A DNA stretch of 64,000 bases from Octopus vulgaris. Lineage: Eukaryota. Both the position numbers and the translations under genes were made by a program. Below, piece after piece: positions 56,401-64,000 of the stretch (within the stretch, counting starts at the first letter, position 1; each line of letters begins with the position of its first letter). The stretch lies in NCBI GenBank assembly GCA_951406725.2, contig OX597825.1, positions 26,288,001-26,352,000 of the forward strand, given 5' to 3'. The notes under the pieces are model-generated. The model was not told where the DNA came from. It ran no database searches and saw only the letters and a list, made by a program, of their open reading frames with translations.

Positions 56401-57162
56401 ATACACGCTTATGTAGGATTACGTGCATTTATGTATATTTTGTATGTCTGTGCATATTTGTTTTTTTGTATATATGTAAATATATATATGTGTGTATGTG
56501 TGTATATATCTTAAAATATAATTATCCCTTATGATAAACACCTTATATGGAATGATATTTTCACCACTGTAATTATATTCATTTAGTGAGAATGTCTCTT
56601 CGATGTTTCCTACTTATATTTCTAAGTATCCGTCAGCCAAATCAGTTTTAGCCCTTACACATCTAGACTCAATACTGCCTAACCAAGTTCTTATATTCCA
56701 TCTATCTTAGTCAATTTACGACTATCCAATTGGGTTTTGCTACAGAAACTCAATGTGTTTTCCTGTAATATTTTTTTATTACCACCTTTCCTGATGTTTT
56801 CTCCATCTTTTGAAACTGAGGAGAATGGTAATACGTAATTAAATTAATTTAATTTAATTTTTTCCATGTTTGTTACATGTTAGTGTTATCATTTTATAAC
56901 ACTTTTAACATCTCTTCTCCATCTTTAATTGTTAGTTGAGTTTATAGCTTATAAATGCTCATAACACACCTTATACTTGTTAATTTTTTATATATTTAAA
57001 ATAAACACTTACATTAGTAAGCTACAATTTAAATATGAAGAATCTTTATTAGAAATCTAACTTTGGACACCGCTAAAACCTTCTAATTGAACACAAACTT
57101 TCTCACACGCATACACGCGCACACACACACACAAACGCACATACACACACACAAACACACAC

Positions 57163-57219
<57 letters not shown>

Positions 57220-57220
<1 letters not shown>

Positions 57221-58500
57221 TTTGTCAATGTTTACAAATAAAAAGGAAAAAAATAAATAGTTACCAGTGTAACAAAAATTCACACATGTACCAATGGTAT
57301 TACAGTCTATTTATGAAGGTAGATTTCCAGGGTTAAGTGAAATGATTTTGTAGAACATGGTTAAATTAAGAAATGGAGTCAAACGCAGGTATTATTCAAA
57401 TCATTTATATTTCCAACGTATGTTTCTAGAAAAATACATTGAGATTATTCCGGAGGGAATAAAAATGATGTAAAACAATGCTATCATCTCGTCAGAGAGG
57501 AACAAAACCTATCAATAGGCCATTTTAACCGAATGTGATTACCACGTACCTAAATATATTATGGAAGGAGAATGCTAGCATGCTCTTATTTAAGAAAACG
57601 TTAATTGATTTAAATGTGAAAGGTAATTTAGAGAAAGAAAGAGAAAAAAGAAATGAACATAAAATTAAGAGTGGAAGTATATAGTGTGATAAATGAAAAG
57701 GAATAAAGTTTGAAAGCATGGAAAGAGATGTACGTAGTGGAAATGAAATGTAAGAGGACAGTTAAAGGTCGAATCTTATAGATTGGTTGAAATTACTTAC
57801 AGGAACTAAGTGTAGGTTTTTGCTGAGGTTTACAACGATAGACACGTTCTTTAAACGTATTTACAAGAGTATTCTCAGAGAAAAGTTTGAGAAATTGCTC
57901 TTCGTTACCTTTGTCATATGGGAAGGATCTAGATAGAATTTTCTATACCAAAACGAATTGTTTATTATGTTCCCTTAGAGACCAAATTAAATTACTAAGT
58001 CCAGTATTGTTGCGTTTGTTGGTATGTCTAAATGTAGAATAATAATTAGATATTCTTTTCGAGAACCGAGACGATGAGCTACCAAAGAAGAAAAAAGATA
58101 TCAGAAGCGGAATTAATTTTACATTGATAAACAAAGTTTCTAGTCTTAGAGTTACTTTAAGGAAACAAATGCGATTCGAATGTATATCGGAAATATTAAT
58201 AACGTTGTTACAATATTTAGCGTTAATAATATCACTGTTATTATTTTCGTTAAGTGTACTTAACAGCTTATGGTTATGCGAAGAAATGTTTTGTGAAAGT
58301 TGTTTGCTGTTTGAAAAACCTATTCTAATTCGGTGTTAACTGATAAAGGAATGGTATCTGGAATTTTTTGGAAAATTCTTATCAACAGTTTCAGGAAACT
58401 GATAAGAGTGGTTGTATTTCATCTGCTTATAAATGTAATAATTAACCAAATTGTTTTACTAGAACACTTCTTGTTATTTGGATAAATATCTTGAAAAGTC
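57220..58500 (-). mobile_element. Decayed Penelope-like element: RT thumb/linker, GIY-YIG endonuclease and 3' pseudo-LTR
   Basis: Frameshifted KTIWL..VDKNFPKNSRYHSFI..IRIGFSNSKQLSQNISSHNHKLL; CFLK.NSKTRNFVYQCKI..FGSSSSRFSKRISNYYSTFRHTNKRNNTGLSNLIWSLRE; KILSRSFPYDKG; hammerhead-like motif at 57411-57502; ends at (TA)n. Confidence 0.85.
57411..57502 (-). ncRNA. Decayed hammerhead in the PLE 3' region
   Basis: TTCCTCT CTGACGA GATGA TAGCATTG..CAATG..CTA GAAAC ATAC GTT GGAA; stem II register is disturbed. Confidence 0.5.
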
Positions 58501-58622
58501 CTAGACTGATCTGTATTAGGAATAAAGGGAAATATAGAACGGTTATCTCCCTTACGATGCAAGATTAGATTCTTCGATTTATCGTTGTTATTCGAACTAA
58601 AATTTATATTGTTATTACTGTT

Positions 58623-58920
58623 ATGATGCCAAAGTTTGGGACAATTCCCTCCAGCATCTTCCAGATGTATATTATGGCATATCTTTCTCGCCTACGCTCT
58701 AACGAATAGAGCCGTAATCACTTCAGTCTCTCCCAGTAGATTATATGCTACGTAGAGGCTATCTGCTTCGTGTAGCCTCCTTGGATTGCATCAAGTTCTG
58801 AGATAAATTTGACACAGATTGTTGACCATAGCTGAGAGCAATAGTGAGAGTGTCTAAGGACAGGTGTCTTCCAGAGGACTATCATGGCTTCCTGATCTCC
58901 TGACTAAAAGTTCTAAGAAT
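58623..58920 (-). mobile_element. CR1-clade LINE RT C-terminal fragment
   Basis: ILRTF..YCSQLWS..ELDAIQGGYTKQI..YWERLK*LRLYSLERRRERYAIIYIWKMLEGIVPN. Confidence 0.88.
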
Positions 58921-58949
58921 CATACATACATATATACTTATATATATAA

Positions 58950-59082
58950 CGGGAAGCTTTATGAAAATAGACAAAAGACGAAGGCAGGTTTACGGAAATA
59001 AACAAAAGACGAAGGCAGGTGGAATACAAACAAACAATTGTATTAGTATGGCGCTCAGGAAATATAAATAAAACAAGTCTTT
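58950..59082 (-). mobile_element. Truncated copy of the 4480-4636 family in (TA)n, with a short internal tandem duplication
   Basis: CAGGTGG..CAAACAA..TGTATTAGTAT..CGCTCAGGAA..AAGTCTTTA shared; ACAAAAGACGAAGGCAGGT occurs twice. Confidence 0.7.
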
Positions 59083-59462
59083 ATATATATGTATATATAC
59101 ATATATATACATATATATATACACATATATTTATACATACATATATATATATACATATAAATATATACATATATATATATATACATACAAAAAACGGGTG
59201 AAATGTAATTAATTTAACAAAATTAATAAATATTACCTAGTAGATTTATCGGTATGGGAAAGACCATATTTGGTAAGGATTATATTAATTATAATAAAGG
59301 GTTAATTGCAGCAAGTTGCTCAAAACCACATACCGAAAATATTAGAAATAGCAGCCAAATTAATCGTTATTTCTCCTACTATTAAAAAAAGTCTCCACAA
59401 ACGAAATCTCGGGCTGAGATATTTCTAATATTTTCGGTATATATATATACATATATTTATGC

Positions 59463-59500
<38 letters not shown>

Positions 59501-59530
59501 ATACACATATATACAAATACATACACACAC

Positions 59531-59617
<87 letters not shown>

Positions 59618-62419
59618 CTGCTTCCCAACCAAATAGTTGCGGGTTCAGTACGCCGGTCGTATATATATATATATATATATTCTTTTATTCCTTTTTGTGT
59701 TTCAGCGTTCATTTGTGTGAGTTGTTTACGTAGGTGAATTTGATTCACTGTGTTCGTGTGTATGTGTAAACTATTAGACAGAAATTATTCCGAAGATCTC
59801 ATGTGAAAATAACAATATACATTACACCATTTTAAATGTTTGAGATGACTATATTTTGCTTAGACTCATTTATTTGGGATAGTATATATCTTGTGTTGTC
59901 GCTGCTGTTTATATATAACCCGAGTCTGCGCCGGTGGCAGTGACACTTGGAAACGAATAAGAGGCAAATATTTCCACCGTCAGGTTAAAACGTAAACCAA
60001 TGTTTTTGGACTTCACGTTCAGTAGTAAAATTCAAACTTACTGTAATTGAAAATTCGGAGAGAAAATGCACTGTAAACCGGGTTAAATAATATAAGTTAT
60101 TTCACATTAAACCCCTACTAAACTTAAACTCCGCATAATAGATTCAATGTAAATTGCTATAATGACTTAATAGTGTTTCCTTACGTCTTTTAATGCCCAG
60201 GCATTAAATCTAACCTTCCCGTTGCTAATATCAGCAGGGATTGTTGATATTAGAAGTGATTCTGTACTCAGTTTGAATACGACTGATTGGCATTTGTAAT
60301 GCCTACGCATTTATTCCCTTGTACCTATATGAGACATCAGCAATTTCCGTTCCTGTTTCTGTCGTAGTTTCCTTAGAATCTGAGGTGTATATACTTCGTT
60401 CCTGAATATACTAACGACAGACAATAATTGATATTTTGCTTATCTCTTCTCCGTCTGCACTAAATCTTAGAGCGAATCAATTTGCTAGAAGATACTGCGA
60501 CTGCATTAAGCCAAATGTAATGAATACAATATAGAAATATAGAAGCATAGAGACAGAGTAGTATATATTACATGTAGAAGAACTTCATGAAACTATTGCA
60601 ATATTCCATTTGTCTCTATGTGGTTTTGCAATGTACGCACTTAAAATAATATAACAGAAATCATACATACCCATTTCGCCTCGAAGAAGTCGAAACATTT
60701 AATATCTATTTCAATACTGTTCTTTGGCCAATAGCCAAACTTTATTATTGAAGCAATAAAAAACATAGATAGAAAGCAAAAATACAACATATGACAACTG
60801 CGCTCTGTCTACAACGTCTAAAGCCGATTTATTATATTATTTGGTAACGGCATGTCAGGCAGTGTACGAAGATGCGAATCAATGTCATACGCTAAAGTTG
60901 GCTGAGTTGGATTTACTTACTAGCAGACAGCACTTGGCTTCTCGTAAATATGACATTACCGTTTCATTGTTTAGCAGCTTTATATAAATGGTAAACAGAT
61001 AAAGCAAAGTTGAAAGTAAAGAAGCCATTACTAAAGTGGATATGGATAGGTGTGTACATCGACATATATTCTTACACTTTTAAATATTATAGAACATATG
61101 GCCAAATATATAGAGACATTCACATTCACATATTTATTATTTGGTGCACATGTACAGCTATATACATAAACGATACGCATGCAGTGAAATATAGATATAT
61201 CAATGTTATGAACATCATGCAGTGTCTGTGTCAATAAGTGAAATTTACTGTTAGAATGTGGGAGTCTTTGTGACTGTTTTTATGCATAAAATGATAAATA
61301 CATTTCTACGTTTCATCCATACCATCGCCGTCACACAGTTATATGTGTGATATTATGTATGTAAATTTGTGTATATGAGTGAGTGTGCTTACATGCATGC
61401 CTGTGTGTGTGTGTGTGTGTCTATATGTACGAATTTACATGCATACATACGCACAGTATGCATAGTGCGGTCAAATATTTAAGAAATGTACCTTGTAACC
61501 ACGATCTCATGCGTTCGATAATATTGCGTGGATTCTTAGTTACGAGAAAATTTCTAGAGACTCTACTAGTCGTAAGTTGGCCTATAGGCCTACATAGGTT
61601 TCTTTTATTTTTTACATTCTTAAGCTACATTGCGAGGTAAAATTCACACACAACATCCTATATTATACTACAAGAATGTTATTTGATCTTCGAAAAGACA
61701 CTGATTGTAAATCGAATGTCTTAAGTGGAAATTATACAGCGTCAACAAACGGAGTCAAGCTCTAATTAAAATGTACAGCCTATTCCCACAATGTGTCATA
61801 GTAACCTTGCTTGTGATTTCCGTTCAGGGCACCTAAATCATGGGTGTGCTCACCCATTTACACGGTCCATGTGTGAGTATTGGCGTATTTTCTATATATA
61901 CTTTGTGCTTTATCTGACAATGGAAAAAATTTGAAAGAAAATTGTTATACAGAAGTTCTCTATATTGTTTTCGCTTTCCATACACAAGAAATCACAAGGA
62001 ATTGTAAACACCGGTTATAAGTCAATATAATTTAAATACCAATATTCTATATCTCTCTGCTCTCTCTTTATATAGAAAGTATGTTTTGATGTGTTGCGGT
62101 TTCCGTAATCAATTTGATTTGCACGGGGGTGATTAGCCTTGTGCCCATTCCTGTTTATCGTGACATTCTGTCACTATTCCAGCGTGTAGAGGATTAATGT
62201 ATATGGACCCCCGGTGCTGCAAAATCTCCTCGGATTGGTAGTAGTGGTGGCGAACCTTTGAGGAGATTCCTGCTCCACGGACGGGCCTGGTTCCCTACAG
62301 TCCCCGACTGCTTATTCGTGAAGTGGTACTGTTATGGGTTCCATGAAGTATTATTTCAAGGAAAGAAGAAAGTGACAAAAATGGATGTGAAAGAAAACAA
62401 AATCAATGGACAGCTTCCA

Positions 62420-63339
62420 ATCCATGTTAAAAATCTGCTCTGCTAGATAACCTTCATCCGGAAATTATTTCGTTCGAATAGTTAACAAATAAACCAGCCG
62501 CTTCCTCGTCTGCACACACCGCTTTTCCAGTCACTAGAACATTACGAAATTAGAATCTTTCTTTAAACCGGTCAGCACTTGCTACAAATTTTGACATATT
62601 CTTCTCCGGAACACTCCTTTATAGTCTGAACCAAACTTCTGTCCTTCGACTGCACAGTAAAAAGACTTGGTTTTGGATCTGATACTCAATCCAAATTTGT
62701 AGGAATTTTTCCATTTTGGGGAAGGGCCCATTCCGCTGTTTTGTTATAACAGTAGATCTCATGAAAGATGAAACTTTCACAGATTCAAGAATCTTTTGTT
62801 TACCGTTCAAAATTGTCGAAACAGTAGAGCGTAACACCTTCAGTTCACGTGCGATCTCATTCACTTTCATTCCTCCTCCGTGCTGTCTAATCAACATCAT
62901 TGTTTATGTCGAGCTCGATAAACTTCTTGGCAGTTTAAGGATCAAATGAAGAAAACTTCTTCTTTGTAGACATTGTAGGGGATAATTTTTTTGAAAGGAA
63001 TATCAAAGATAAGACACGTAGAGTCATCGGAAGAGTCACGCTCTGTCGATCCAGGCGTTGGTCAAAAATTTCTAAGTCTCAAGCAGTCGTATTATAAACA
63101 AATACGGGTTAACCTCTATGTCTTCGTTACAAAATATTCATCCAACGCTTAGGATAACCACAATATCGATCAATAAACAAACCTAGAGTTAACGTTTGTT
63201 AGCTGACGTCATCCGTAGACGGGTAACTTTCTAAAAAATTAAACCTATTAGATTTCAACTGGACTATTTATTGTTGCTGTCTATTTATTGTTGCGCGCCA
63301 ATCTTCGTAAAGTCGATTGGTCGTATGTCGACGATGTCC

Positions 63340-63341
<2 letters not shown>
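62420..63341 (-). mobile_element. Tigger/pogo-like DNA transposon, 3'-truncated transposase pseudogene
   Basis: End CAGGACATCGTCGACATACGACC next to (TA)n; CENP-B-type HTH KVNEIARELKVLRSTVSTIL..MEKFLQIWIE; FVAS..DRFKER..GKAVCADEEAA..EGYLAEQIFNMD. Confidence 0.9.
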
Positions 63342-63378
<37 letters not shown>

Positions 63379-63410
63379 AAGGGTGAATAGGAACACACGA
63401 GTTGATATAT

Positions 63411-63850
63411 ATGAAAAAACAAGTAAAAAATAGAAAATGCTAAAATAATTTTATAGTGAACATTTCAGTACCGGTTTCGGTTATTTTGAGACCTTTTCAA
63501 CTGTAACAATTAAATAATTAAATTTAGAAAAATTAGAAGAAAAGTTTTTTTAAAAGAATATTTCTATAGTAGTGTTCAGATTTAAGTGGCATTCTGCCTT
63601 TCTCTGACTCCCTTGTTTGCACTTGTGTGTTCGAGGTAGTTGTGAGTTCTTGGTAGGGTAGTAGAGGGAAGGCTGGTGAGGAAAGGGGGTGGGAGAATCT
63701 GGGAGTGCCCTGATGGTCGTATTTTGAATGGTCAGTGGCGGCTGGCAGTCTCAGTTCAATTCAGGAGAATATGTATATTGACATGCTTGTTTATAGAATT
63801 AGCGTAGGTGTTATACTAAAAAACATTAGTGACAAACTTAAGGGGTAGGG
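63411..63850 (-). mobile_element. PLE 3' end / pseudo-LTR, longer copy of the 28389-28647 family
   Basis: Colinear with 28389-28647 over about 240 bp; upstream ILLN*TETASRH weakly resembles the LLNKRSE..CRH PLE C-terminus; contains a hammerhead. Confidence 0.7.
63463..63506 (-). ncRNA. Minimal hammerhead ribozyme with U3:A8 covariant core
   Basis: TTACAG TTGAAAA GGT CTCAAAATA ACC GAAACCGGTA CTGAAA; palindromic ACCGGT stem III. Confidence 0.72.
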
Positions 63851-63856
63851 GGTGGA

Positions 63857-64000
63857 GAAGAAGAAGAAGAAGAAGAAGAAGAAGAAGAAGAAGAAGAAGG
63901 AGAAGGAGAAGGAGAAGATGACGATGATGGTGATGGTGGTGATGATTATGACGACGATGATGATGATAACGATGATGATGAAGAAGAAGAAGAAGAAGAA
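63857..64000. repeat. (GAA)n/(GAT)n compound microsatellite
   Basis: Directly visible. Confidence 0.95.

Overview
AT-rich, microsatellite-dense animal non-coding DNA (intronic or intergenic). The SINE repertoire and the (TA)n/(TAA)n load suggest a cephalopod, probably an octopus; this is an inference. I found no host protein-coding exon, and most ORF-track entries are translated simple repeats. The recognisable content is transposable elements: five Tc1/mariner copies (one full length with perfect 37-bp TIRs), a Tigger/pogo fragment, a rearranged R4/Dong-type LINE plus further Dong-type 3' ends in (TAA)n arrays, RTE and CR1 fragments, a Helentron-like non-autonomous element, MITEs, three tRNA-derived SINE families and a decayed Penelope-like element (PLE) with a GIY-YIG domain. 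The most notable signal is a set of short elements lodged in (TA)n tracts. Several carry type I hammerhead ribozyme folds with a palindromic or near-palindromic stem-loop III (intact or near-intact at about 9.4, 36.6, 48.4, 51.3 and 63.5 kb, decayed elsewhere). Several share a foldback + unpaired tail + (TA)n architecture, including a perfect 284-bp palindrome, and four end in a covarying terminal hairpin. They look like a diverse family of PLE pseudo-LTR-derived, retrozyme-like elements. All alignments and folds were done by eye, and boundaries of decayed elements are approximate.
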